From assembly GCF_018977255.1 (NCBI RefSeq), contig NW_024704742.1, positions 32,862,001 to 32,926,000 on the forward strand: 64,000 bases of DNA. The letters run 5' to 3'. Positions 24,960-37,794 of this stretch are shown piece by piece. Both the position numbers and the translations under genes were made by a program. The notes below the pieces were generated by a model. The model was not told where the DNA came from, searched no databases, and saw only the letters and a program-made list of their open reading frames with translations. Within the stretch, counting starts at the first letter, position 1. Each line of letters opens with the position of its first letter. The DNA comes from Callorhinchus milii. Taxonomy: Eukaryota.

Positions 24960-25939
24960 GGCTGAAAATAAACAGACACAAAAAAAATTAGTGATCAATG
25001 AAATAATGTTAGCGATCGTTACACCTAATGCTTTTATAGAATATCTAAACTTACACTTAAAAAATGTGGGGAGCATTTTCATTATAACCACAAAAATAGC
25101 TGAGGCATCATATTACTGAATTCTTTCAAATTCAATGGGCATTTCGTTAATGCCTGAAAAACAGATGAAATGGAAAATGTAGGACAGTTTAAAAAAAAAC
25201 AGTATCATGGTACAGGATATTCAACAACTGTACGTTCAAATTATGATAACTTGCACTGCTTCTGTCAGCAGCTAATTTGCAATAATGACTTTGTGACTAA
25301 TACTAAAAGTTAATTAAAAAGAGTCAACCTATTGCATCTAAGTTTGGTAGTTACATACACCACAAGCCAACAGTATTTCTCAGATTTGAATCCACTAGCA
25401 TCACATTTGTTCCCCTTTATCGATAAGATGATTATACCAAAAATTAAAAGCTGCCAACAATTTATTTAACCCAGCAGTTGCAATAATCATAATTGTGCAA
25501 GTGTTTCCACCAAAAAGGAAATTACTACAATCTCAACAAAAATGATTCATAAACATAAGTTTGGGCAAAAGTTCTATTTTAGGGCTTTTATCAACTTTAT
25601 AGCCACACGATTCCATGGTGTTTGGTTTAAAAATATGATGATGCTCGTTACTGCTGTTGGGCAGAAATCATGCGAGACTACCTAAAATGTTAGTCAAAAC
25701 TCATAACACCAGGTTAAGGCTGGTTGATGTTAATCTACTGACACTAGAATACTAAACTGAGGCAAAACCAGAAAAATTGCTACTAAAAAACATTAAACAA
25801 AAGGCTGAGTGAAAACTGGGCAGTGCATTAAATCACTTCAACGTCTAAAAAGTGATCCAGTAGGCGTCGTTACGAGAAGTAACCTAATGTTCCTAATGTA
25901 AACAGTATTTTCTCCAGAGAATCCCCCGTATCTCCTGCA

Positions 25940-26215
25940 GACTTTTGAAAGCTTGGCTTGGATCGGAGATATCACTGGAATTGAGGTTTGGCAGAGTCTA
26001 GCCTGGATCCAAAGAAGGCATGGATATGGGTCTCAGCCGCCCAAAGGAGGAGATAGTAACAGAGGAGGGCAATGTTGCGGAGGTGTGGGGAGTTGAATGG
26101 GGCAGGACACGGATGTGGGGTTTAAAGGACGGTTGAGAGTCGAACAAGAAACAGAGGTTTCGCACTGGCTCAGTGAGGTGGAATGAGGGAAACAAATTCC
26201 CCAAGTGTGCTGACT
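25940..26215 (-). mobile_element. Internal L2 RT C-terminal fragment
   Basis: VRNLCFLFDSQPSFKPHI motif (L2 VRNLGVxFDxxLxFxxHI). Confidence 0.7.
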
Positions 26216-29200
26216 GACCAGATAAAACTGACCCATTGGTAATCTTACTGCATTTTGCTCTCAGAAAGGTACAGAAAAGAGCAGAAAAAAAACAAGAATC
26301 TGTTTTACAAGTCGATTGGATTGCTTCACATCCCAAAGGATGGGAAATAGGATTAAAAAAGTGGAAAACTACATCAATATATAATTATGTAGGCATGGTA
26401 AAGTTAGACGAGACTAATTCAAGAAAGTAATATCAGAGGTCATAAAATCCCAATATTTCTTCATTTTAAAAAAACACTGAAACTATTCATCCACCCTTTC
26501 GACTGCTGGTAATAAATGAAAAATGGTAATCATGTAGCATGGCAACTGTCTAGGATCAGCCTATCCATTAAAGTTTTATCTCATATAATTGTGGACTTGC
26601 TTATGTGTCTAAGTCTCACTGAGCAACAAGACTGTCTGGTCATAAACCAACAGCCTGTTAAATTAACACAGGCCTGACAGGCTTTCCTAGATAAATCTCC
26701 TTACAGACAGACAGTCAAGCTTCAGGAAAATCCATTTTACTGCTCTACTTTACTCCCAGAAGATCCCATTTACTTCTCCTGTCTCTCAGAAGACACAAAG
26801 GGGTGAAGATCCGACCAAGATTCAAACTCAAAGTCTTCTGGTCCCAAATCGAAGCAGCCGGTCCACATATAGTAATACTTAAAGTTAAAACTAGTTATTC
26901 TAGTCTCACAATGATCAAATGGCATTTTTAAAGTGATATCCAACCATTAAGAAAAACAACTTTGTTTAGATCTTTATTCTTCTCCAGATCCTAAATGCAA
27001 TTTATTAAATAGACATACTTACACTTCTAAGATCAACCAGATTGTCTGGTCAACCATTAACAGGCCAGTAAACCCTTGCCTCTAAGCCAGAAGGTTGTGG
27101 GTTCACTCAAAGACAACTTAAAATAATAATCCTTGCATTTGATATCGCGCTTTATCACGGCTTCATGATGTCTCAAAGCGCTTCACAGAATATACTGTAA
27201 AGTGAATTGACTGTACATTTTGTTGTACTGAACGGAAGCTTCCATCAATGTGAGGTAACAAACTTAACCAAACACTAAAATTCACCGAGAAGGCATTTGT
27301 TTACCAGTCAAAATTATTCGAGTCATTTGAGGTTNAAAAAAAGTAACACAGAATATTCTAGAAATTGTAGCACGTTTCATGATAAACAAAAGTAATGTAC
27401 ATGAGCATAGTAATAATTGCCATCGCATCCATTTTAGTATTACTCAGTAGAAACATACAACCCCATATCATTTGAGAAGTATAACCTGAATATTTGTGAA
27501 TGCATTTGCCAGTATGACATTGATTCACAACATAAACATGTTTTCAATACTTCAGTCAATCCTCTATTTCTATCACCTGCTTGCATTGTTCCACCCAAGG
27601 GATAATCACGAATAAAAGATTGAGAAATATTTCCATTCCTTACATAAACAGCGCTAAGCAAGGTGACCTTTGTGACCACATTGCTGCTAAAAGATCTAAA
27701 CTATTCAAATACAATTAAGATGTTTTTCAACAACCAGACCTGACAATAAACAGTTTTACACTCACAACCCATACCTGTCGCAATATATTGCAAGTTGAGT
27801 TGGTCCCTAGGATAAATAGGATGCAGTGAATGCATATTTATTCTACATAAATATTGGATCACATTGTACAGTTCTTCAGTTTGACATTGCAAAGGACAAG
27901 ACCCAGTTCTTTTTAAACTCATCAGATTAGTAACATTACATTTTTTGCAGGGGGGAGGGTGGGTGGGGGGGAAGCCTTCAGAATCTTTGCATGAGTAAAA
28001 GCATGCATATGGAGCATTAACTCCCACACAGAAATTACTTTCTGTACCCTGAAATGAATACAGTAATGCAATCTAAAATGGACACTGCACAGCTCAACAG
28101 ATGTAATTTTGCACTCATGGAAATCAGGTTTATTTCTCCAGTGAGATGTTAAACAAAGCATTTTACTATAAACATCCATTTTTTAAAAAAAATATTTAAA
28201 GTGGGTGTTTGCAATTATTTAAAAAATGCGACCTAGGTAGAAAATAAATAAGAGTAGGTGGGAAACAAAGAAACTAGGAATTCTTGGTAAAATGCCCGGG
28301 GGCCGATCTAGCTATAGGCAAACGTGTTAGCTGCCTAGAGCGGCAGATTTCTGCGATAGTGTTTTTTTAATAAAATGCTCAACCGGAGAGATGGGCAGAG
28401 CTGCAGCTAGCGTCAGTGGTGGCCTCCAGGCGTTTTAAGGTAAAATTATCACTTTCAAATTAAAGCTAAAGCTGCAGAACTTCTAAGGGAACAAGTTTTG
28501 CCTAGGGTGGCGGACTGTGTTGAGTGGCTTCTAAAAACACGTCTGCGTAATAAACCTGCAATCATTAAACAAAATATAAGTTTTACAGCAATGGCCAATT
28601 TCTATAGAGGACAATAACCAGAAAAGTTCAAAATACAAAGCAATGGGAAGACTACAATTATTACCTTCAGAAATTATGCTTTATAAGCAAAATCGATGAC
28701 ACGTGTTCGTTCCAGAGAGTAGCATTAGTGTTAGTTTGGCTCAGTTTGGTAGAACTCTTGCACATGACACAGATGACTGTGGGTTCACAATCCAATGCCT
28801 TGGGACGTCCTCCCGACATGAAAGGCGCTCTATAAATGTAATTTTGTTGTTGTTGTCCAAGCATTAGTCTGACACTCCAGTGCATTGCTGCATTGTTAAA
28901 GATGTCATCTTTCTTTCAGATGATATATTAAACTGAGGTGGGACCTGTGCTTTTTCGGGTGGGTGCTAAAGATCCCATGTGTTTAGGAGAATTCTCCTAA
29001 TTTAAAGTGTCATGAATAACTGGTTGTGTAAATTAGTTTACATTAAATATGCCACACAAAAAAAACTTTCAATTTGTATTGTTGCAGCAAACGTTAGCAA
29101 GAGAAAAAAATGGTACTGGATAGGGAACTATTGACTGCTATTTCAATACCCCATGTTTCCACTTCATCCAACTCAAACTGATGACCTTGGTCAATGTGCA

Positions 29201-29974
29201 CTGTTAATTTGATTTAAGTACTGTAATACAAAGTGAAAAAATGTGTATTGTAAAAATGCAGAGGAAATTGGTATCTTACTACTTAAGCAAAAAGCCATTA
29301 ATAGTATATTGCAGACTGCAACAATATGACAATGTGGGCAGCAAGCTTGAGCACATTAACTATACACTCTTTGTTTGCACATACAATTTCCATATTTCAA
29401 ATTCACCCACAACACAGCAACTTTAATGAAGTCAGTAAATATAGTTTACAATTTGGCAAAAATAAACTCGGTTCTCTCTAACTTAAATTTTCCTTTTGCC
29501 CAATTAATCGAGCAAACTATTCATCCCGGGAGATTGCGTCCCAGAAGGGTACTTTGTGCAGTTACAAATTGCTCATGCAGTCTTCCACATAGACGGTCAT
29601 TGCTGTTGCCCCTTGACACAGGCCTTACAAGTTTACAATTTAAAGATTATAAGATACTTCGCCCAGCAGCTCAATGACAGTAATTTTCACTCATGGTGGA
29701 GCACTCGGAAAAACAATACAGTAAGATAGTCTCTCTTAGGAGAATATTTACAGTCACCTAAGCAACCCTCAAACCTTTGACAAGAATCATGGGATCATCC
29801 GCTGGGAATGGCAAACAAGAATTTGATAGAAGGCTGGCGACAGCACAGAATTCACAAAAATATGGCTGGTGTCAAGACCAATTATGAATTGGTTCCAGGT
29901 TGAAAGCCATACCCACAAACATCATATGATTAAAGTTTGACTCTGTCCCCCATTGGGTAAATACTAAAAACAGA

Positions 29975-32045
29975 GACCACTCTTCGACTCGCACCCCTCT
30001 GCCATCCCAGCCCTGACCTGGGAGGCTGAGCCTGAGGGCTGATGCCGTCCCGCTGACCGCTCGCTCCCGGTCTCTGTGTGCGCGTTTTGGCTGCCGCCCC
30101 GACCTGAGCCTCCCCTTCCGCTCCAAATGTCTCTCCTCCCACCCCCCTCTGTCCGCTACTCCCCCTCTGTCCTTCTCTCCCACCGCCCTCCCCGCCTTCT
30201 CTCTCTCCTCAACCCCATCACTACTTCCCTCTGCTCCAGCCTGGGCATCCTCCGCCGGGCCCATCGTGGCTCCCGGCACTGGCTGTCCCAGAGCAGTAAC
30301 CCCAAGTGTCCAATCATTCACTCCCTCCGCTCAAACCGCCTCCTTAAGGCAAACCCAACTTCCCGCTCCCTCATACGTACCCTCCCCAACTCTCCACTCG
30401 CACCACTCTCCACAACCATCTCTCCTGTACACCCCAAAATCCTCTCCGCATCACTCTCTCCTCCCTCTCCTCCCTCCTGCAAACCCACCCGCATTTCCCT
30501 CCAAAACGTCCATTCCCTCTCAAATAAAGCCCTCACCATCCATAACCTCATCCTGGACGAGCACCTTGACATTCTTGGGCTGACCGAAACCTGGCTCTCC
30601 CCCAATGACCCCGTCCCCCTAGTGGAAGCCTCCCCTCCAGGCTGCACCTTCCACCACACCCCCAGTCCAAACCATGTGGCGGTGGGGTGGCCTTCATTTC
30701 CAAAGCCTCCCTTGGTCTTACCCCCTACTCCTCTGGCTGCGTCCCCTCCTTCGAGCACCTCACCCTCTTCCACCTCCTTGTCTACTGCCCGACTAAGCCC
30801 CCCGGCTCCTTCCACACAGACATCTCTACTCTCCTCTCTTCCCTGTCCCTCTGCTCCGAGCGCCTGCTCATAATGGGCGATTTCAACCTCCACCTAAACT
30901 CCCCCTGCACCACTTCTGCTGACTTCACTGCCCTCCTCTCCTCCCTAAACCTCACCCTTCATATAAACTCACCCATCCACAACCGTGGTCATGCCCTTGA
31001 CCTCGTTATCACCCACGGCCTTGACATTTCCGACCTCAGCACAGTGGACAAGGACATCTCAGACCACTTCCTCATCTTCTTCTCCTCCCACATCCCTCTC
31101 TCCTCCACCAAGCCCTCAACCATCCTCTACCGCCCTTGGAAAAGGCTACCCCCCGAGACCATCACAAAGGCCCTCACATCATCAAACATCCTATCCCTCT
31201 GGCCTTACACTCGAGGAGATCCTGAAGCAGTCATCCAGCTGCTCCATGATCGCCTCTCCTCCACCTTCAACTCCCTCATCCTCCTGAAATCCAGGACCAT
31301 CTCCAAACCCACCCGATCCCCCTGGTACAACACCTCTGCCGCCTAAAAACCCCAAACCGGCTGCTCGAGCGCAGATGGCGGAAAACTGGCCGGACAGTCC
31401 ACCACCAACTGTGGCTCGAGCATCTCCACAGCTACCGCCGTTCCTTGACACGCGCAAAAACGGCCTTCTACTCCAACATCATCTTGGAGGCTAAACACAA
31501 CCCTAAAATCCTTTTTCCCACCACCCACTACCTCCTCCGTGCCCCTCCTCAGGCCTCCTCAATCTGCATATCAAATGCCAACTGTGAGGAGGTCATGGAC
31601 TTCTTTTCATCCTTGCCAGACTGCACTGGCTGCCTGTCCCAGAGAGGATCGACTTCAAGATCCTCACCCTTGTATTCAAATCCCTCTACTCTTCTGCAAC
31701 CCCCTACCTTTCTGACCTCCTCTCTCCTCAAAACAGTACCCGTTGCCTTCATTCCTCCGGGTCTGGCCTCCTCCTTGTCCTGCGAGTCCTCCGCTCCACC
31801 CTCGGTGGCCGTGCCTTCAGCTACTACTCCCCGAGGCTCTGAAACTCTCTTCCTCACTCCCTGTGCCTCGCTCCCTCTCTTCCTATTTTCAGGTCTCTGC
31901 TGAAGACCTTTCTCTACGACCGTGCCTTTGGTTACCTTCCTCCCCCTCCCCCTGGCTCAGCCCCGGGATCCGTTACTGTAAAGCGCTCTGAGACGCCGTC
32001 CAGCGTAGAGGGCGCTACATAAATCCAAGTTGTTGTTGTTGTTGC
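29975..32045 (+). mobile_element. L2-clade LINE with 5' region, frameshifted AP-endonuclease domain and 3' tail; RT domain deleted
   Basis: ATG 30127; motifs LQNVHSL..K, LGLTETWL, MGDFNLH, HNRGHALDLVI, ISDHFLI, SPWYN across frames; then jumps at ~31610 to LARLHWLPVPERIDFKIL and ends in stem-loop + (TTG)n. 5' boundary approximate. Confidence 0.9.
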
Positions 32046-32439
32046 TTGGTTATCTCAGGTTTATTGTGTATCCTCTCGTCTTCTCCACCCCACAATCGGC
32101 ATCTGAGCTTTCAAATTCTATGTCCCTAACATCTGAAAATCCCTCTGTTTACCATTCAGACACTCAATCTTTCTTCAAGTCCCATCTTATAACCTACTCT
32201 CTCTACCACACTTTGAGACGTCCTCTCGGTTAAAAGGCTATCAAATGTAATTTGTTGTTGTTCTTGTCACCTCCCCCTTCCATGTCTCGACTTCCGACCC
32301 CATCCGACCATGAAGCACTTTGAAACTTTGAAATAATCCTAAGTGAAGGACACCATAGGAATGCAAACTGTTATTTCACACAAAAAAGAAGCAAAAAAAA
32401 GTTAAATTTACACCAGTCAAAGAGACCCATATTTTCAAC

Positions 32440-32700
32440 CAAATTTGATTATATATAAGATTTTAAATGGGATTGAGAAAGTCATATTTTCATATGGAAC
32501 AACAACTTGCATTTATATAGCGCCTTTCACGCGGGGCAGCATCTCGGAGTGCAACAGGAGAACAAAAGGCCACAGATTTAGGGTTGGAAAGGGCAATTTT
32601 AGGATAGACACAAGGAAGTACAATATTTCTTTACACAGAGGGCAATTAATGACTCGAACAGGTTACCAGAAGGATGGTTGAGGTCAGGTTGCTGTGCATG
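32440..32700 (+). mobile_element. CR1 3' fragment with a short L2-tail insertion at ~32498-32548
   Basis: YKILNGIEKV...RTKGHRFRVGKGNFRIDTRKY. Confidence 0.75.
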
Positions 32701-34317
32701 GGTGAGTGTTCACCTACAAAATACACAATCACTACACTCTACAATAAATCCTGTGAAGCCTTTGCGTCATTGACAATGTGCTAAGGTGACATATGAAATG
32801 CAAGGATTAATATAATTATTCTGGAAAGATGAGATCAAATGGCCTTCTTCATCCAAACCTCTCTTTATCCAGAACCCTGATTGAAGCAAATCATCTCGTC
32901 CAAGACAAATGAGAGGCTTTTTCTAGTACCCATTGTCTGCTGATTAGGTACTACATTCATTGCATACTGGACACTGCAGAGTATCCCTCTAAACGTAAAT
33001 ATTTATTAACATAGAAAAAAGTGCTTGAAAGTGGGTCAGTACGGTACCTAACAATTAATAGTAATTTCTTATAGAACTATGATTTCTTTAATTTTGGATT
33101 GTTTTCTAGCAGAATCAAATTATTCTTTTAGCACGATATTTAAGTAACTAAAGCTGTACTAGTTTCTTGCAGAATTCATCTAAATCGCTATCTATGTAAT
33201 TCACCGGGCCTATAATTACATATAAAACATTTTAAAATGAGCATTTTGGGGTAAATAAATAGAAGCAATAAATATATATTATGATTACTAGTGAATGAGT
33301 TAAGGAAATTCCCATTCAATTTTAAAAACAAATAAGGATTCCATTTGGCCCTTCGTGTCTATGTTGACTGTCTGAAAGATCTATCTGTTTGGTCCCACTC
33401 CCCATACCCTTTCATATTTTGCATTATCAGAAATTTGCCTTATTTCTTTTTTAAAATGATTATGAACTCCGTTAGCATTACCATTATTAGTAGGGCATTC
33501 CATGTGCTAATAACACTCTGTGTGTAAAATCAAACCTTTCGATTTTTAGTAATAAATTAAATGTAGGGCCTCTGTAGCACTCCCTCAGCACCACAATGCG
33601 TGTCAGCCTCGACTATGTGAGTTCAAAGTCTCATCATGGGGCTGAACCCACAACCTCTCACTCAAAGGTGAAAGTGCTACCAGCTGACATCTTTGAACTC
33701 AAAGTCAAGGCTGTGATACTCCACTGCAGTGCAGGGCGAGCACATCATGCTGCAATAAAAGTGATCTTCTGAAGTGAGATGAAGGTGTATTGTTTATGTG
33801 GAAGAGAGGAAGCTTTACTTGGATCAGTAATTTGCATCACCCAATTCATTACTGATACAATGCCAAAAATGGAAAAGTATCACAGTTACCACATTCCTCA
33901 CTTTAAAAAATTACAATATCACCTTATTCCTTCAAAAGGTTTATAGGCATTAAACAAAGCAACATATCTGTCCATCAATTTAATATAAATGTAACATAAA
34001 ATATCTGTCAATTAGGAAATCATCAGAAGTCAGCAAGAAAGCAAATTCATTATATACAGTAACTATGATTTCTTTCCATACCAACTGCACTGACAAACAC
34101 AATAGTAACTCAGTATGTCTCACTTTAACACCGATTGGTTGTAAAATGAGCTCAGACTTCTGGTGAAACAGCTGTTATCTGCTGAATCGAATCACCCTGA
34201 AACCTTTCTTTGATTACAAAACAAAGTGCTATTCCATCTTTAATTTGTTTTTGTCTTATTGGGATTGTATATTAGTAACTCTATGTATTAATGGTTTAAT
34301 CAGATACAATTACAGGA

Positions 34318-34532
34318 TAATAATAATAATAATCCTTGCATTTGATATAGCGCTTTTCACGTCTTCTAGAAATCTCAAAGCGTTTCACAGAATAGACTGT
34401 AAAGTGAATTGACTGTATATTTGTGGGTGAAATGCAGCAGCCAATTGTGCACAGCAGTGTCCCACAAACAGTCGTGGATTGAAGTGACCAATTTATTACT
34501 GTTTTTTTTCTTGAGGGATTATTATCAGGCGT
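34318..34532 (-). mobile_element. 5'-truncated tRNA-SINE
   Basis: Body and tail match the family. Confidence 0.88.
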
Positions 34533-34635
34533 GTATATTAAAGAAAAGTTTCACCCTTGGATCCCATCGGCACTGTATTTAATATCGTTAAGTAATCCAA
34601 AAACCAAAAGCCAAAATAAACGCAAGTATATCACA

Positions 34636-34990
34636 TTAATTCTTGCATTTGATAAAGTGCCTTATCGCGTCTTTGACACATCTCAAAGCGCTTCACAGGA
34701 TAATACTGTAAAGTGGATTGACTGTGTATTTTGTGGACGAAACGCAGTAGCCAATTGCGCACAGCAGTGTACCACAAACAGTCGTGGATTGAGTGACCAA
34801 TATTTTTGAAAGAACTATTACCCCCGGAAAAGCGATCCAGCAATCAACTAACATCCGGGTTCCTACTTACTGCTGGGTAAATAGAGGATGTGCAGTAAGG
34901 AAACGTGCCCAACATTTCGCTCTGCTGGGAATGGAACACAGGTCTCTTACTTGCGAGGCGAGTGCTCTAACCACTGAGATACAGGACTCC
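34636..34990 (-). mobile_element. tRNA-derived SINE, long subfamily
   Basis: Extra central segment TTTACCCAGCAGTAAGTAGGAACCCGGATGTTAGTTGATTG. Confidence 0.9.
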
Positions 34991-35827
34991 ATTATATAAT
35001 ATTATAGAGTGAAACGGAACGGAAATACACCATCCGGCCCAACCACTGCGTATCAGTGTATCCTCCACCTGAACTCTTATCCCTCCTATTCCTTTCTTCT
35101 TTTGCACTCTATTCCCTTTATGTACAACCTAAGACAATATTCAAACCAATATTATAGACATCTTGCTAACGAGCACAGTATTTTTAAGACTATAAAAATG
35201 AATGTTCATATAACCCACCCCAATGCAATACAGGACCAAGAAAGCAAATCCATTATATAAAAAAATTAAAACAATTAATCAAATATGATAAAAATGCAAA
35301 ACATTTTTATTTTGAATCAGATTCTTCAAAATTTCTCCTGAATCATGCATACTAGAAGCAAACAATGGTACCATTGGAAAGCCTACTCAACAAAACAATG
35401 TTGCTTTTTAGCATTTTCGCTCATTTTATAGATGCATGCATTGAACCGCGCTGGTAATAGCAAATGCAATTTCAACTTTGAATTTTAGTCTATGTACTGC
35501 TCTGCACATTACAGAGCAGACAAACTGGTCTTTGTTTTCGCTGTTCCATTTTTAAAAAAAATGGATGCTGAAGTTGGGGCGATAAGTGATTTCATTATAA
35601 ATTCAAGATTAACAAAGAGTTAACTCCATTCCAGCATTCCGTTGCCAAGCACATTACCCGGAGTCAGCTCAGCCCCAAGGAATCTCAGTTCACCCCTAAG
35701 GAGAATGATCATTAGTTGGTCATTCGACATCCAACAAGTGGTTTGAACCCTCACTAGTTCGACAATAGGTCCAGGGGCTCCCTAGTGATCAGCAAGGTTC
35801 AGCATGAAATGTGTGAGAGCATTAAAA

Positions 35828-36150
35828 ATAATAATCCTATAATAATCCTTGCATTTGATATAGCGCTTTTCACGTCAGGAGGACGTCCCAAAGCGCTTCA
35901 CAGAACACACTGTAAAGTGAATTGACTGTATATTTGTGGGCGAACGCGGCAGCCAATTGCGCACAGCAATGTCCCACAAACAGTCATGGATTGAAAATGG
36001 CCAATTTATTATTGTTTTTGGTTTTGGAGGGATTATTATTAGGCTCTGTGTGGAGTAAGGAAACTTGCCCAAGGTTTCGCCCTGACTGGAATTGAACTCA
36101 GGTCTCTCGCTTGCAAAGCGAGTGCTCTAACCACTGAGCTACAGGACTCC
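35828..36150 (-). mobile_element. Young tRNA-derived SINE, short subfamily
   Basis: Full head-to-tail match. Confidence 0.93.
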
Positions 36151-37794
36151 ACATTGTCACCATCCTCCTGCCCACAGCGTGGACACACATGCCTACCAAT
36201 TAAGTGATGGTTCTAATAGTTGGAAATACAGAGTTTGAGCGGTACCTGCTTATAATATATACGAATAATACTTGCATTTGATATAGCACTTCATCACGTC
36301 TTTGAGACGTCTCAAAGAGCTTCACAGGACATACTGTAAAGTGGATTGACCATGCATTTTGTGGGTGAAACACAGCAGCCAATTGCGCGCAGTAGTCTCC
36401 CACAAACAGTCGTGGATTGCTTACCTCTCTGCATACTAATCAAGGTGGATACTAAGCCCTGGATATATGATGGTGCATTCCCAAACCTTGACTCCAAGTA
36501 GTGCCTTGCAGCAGCTGTCGTCCCAAGCCTCAGAGTTTTCTCATCAACTATCTGCAGACATCTGCTTTCAGTAATGGTGGGAGGATCTTCACAGGACAGT
36601 AACCACAATCCTGGCTGAAACCAGCCAAATTAGTGCTCGTCAGGAATAACAGATGGGATCGATTTTTGTGTTCTTCCTGATCTGTATGGTTCAATATCAC
36701 ATCAGAAGCATTTCATAAATAAGTTACCAATCTCAGCACGTTTTCAGGAGAGTAAAGACTTCTGCTCAATGACTCAGTATACAATGGACTACCTACAACT
36801 GGAAATTTCCATCTGATCAATGATGAATTATTTCATCTCAATTAAGATGACAAAAGCACCTTTAACTAATAAAGGGGATAGAGTGGAAGAATCAAAGCTC
36901 GGACTCCAAATCCTGATTGCAATCCAGCAAACCTGGCTTGAAAGCACCCATTGGCTAAAGATAGAGTTGGATGTCTGCCCTCCCTTGGTCAAATAACTAA
37001 CTGATGTTTGCTTCTCAGCTCATACACGAATAGCCATTTGAACAAGATTCCTGAGGCAATCAGGTATCTCAGAATTCAGATGTTAACCAACAAGTATGAA
37101 CTACAAGTGGTTTAGAAACAACTTCACATCCAGTTGAATCCAATTAGCCTTTCCTTGTCCTGATTCTTAAAGCCCTTCACAGTCTTCCCCCATTTTATCA
37201 TTGTAATCGCTTGCCCTATATTCCAGTCCATAACTTCCATCCTTCTGACCATTCCCTCTGCTAAACCATTAGTGGCCAAGCCTATAAATTTGATCTCCTG
37301 TCCACTGGAACTCTATTCCAAAACCACTGCCACTTTTAGACATTCCTTTAAAGGTGAAAGGTGCTATGTAAATTGTGGAAAAAGGAATATCTTCAACTCG
37401 GTGAAGCCAATTAGCTGGATAAGTATTGTGAAATTTATCAGTGCTTTGTGGTTACCATTACTACAAAATACATTACTAAATTACATGATCACCAGGATAG
37501 GATTTCACTTTCGTAATCACTACCAGGTAGCATATATACTGCTTTGGATCAAGGTTTTGTTTTGCTACTCACAAGTGATGGCAGACGTACTGTCAGTGCC
37601 ACATTCTTGGTATATCCATGCTGAGGACAAAAGGATTATAAGGTAAAATAAAATATGATTGTGCCTCATTTTACCGAAGACATCTCACAACATCTCACAA
37701 AATGAGTTAGTAATTCAGTTATGTATGAAATCACAAATTAATTGATAATCCAGTTAATTTATAGGAAACAAAACAAAGGACTGTTGTAATTAAA

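Noticed and set aside
24960..25091. 44-codon N-terminal extension of UGT8 in the ORF track
   Set aside because: Lies upstream of a clear branch point and acceptor; the signal peptide starts at ATG 24959.
28278..28525. Possible DNA-transposon remnant (TGCCTAG.G.GGC motif twice); also CTAGCTACACCACTG at ~52791-52805
   Set aside because: Could not define paired TIRs or TSDs.
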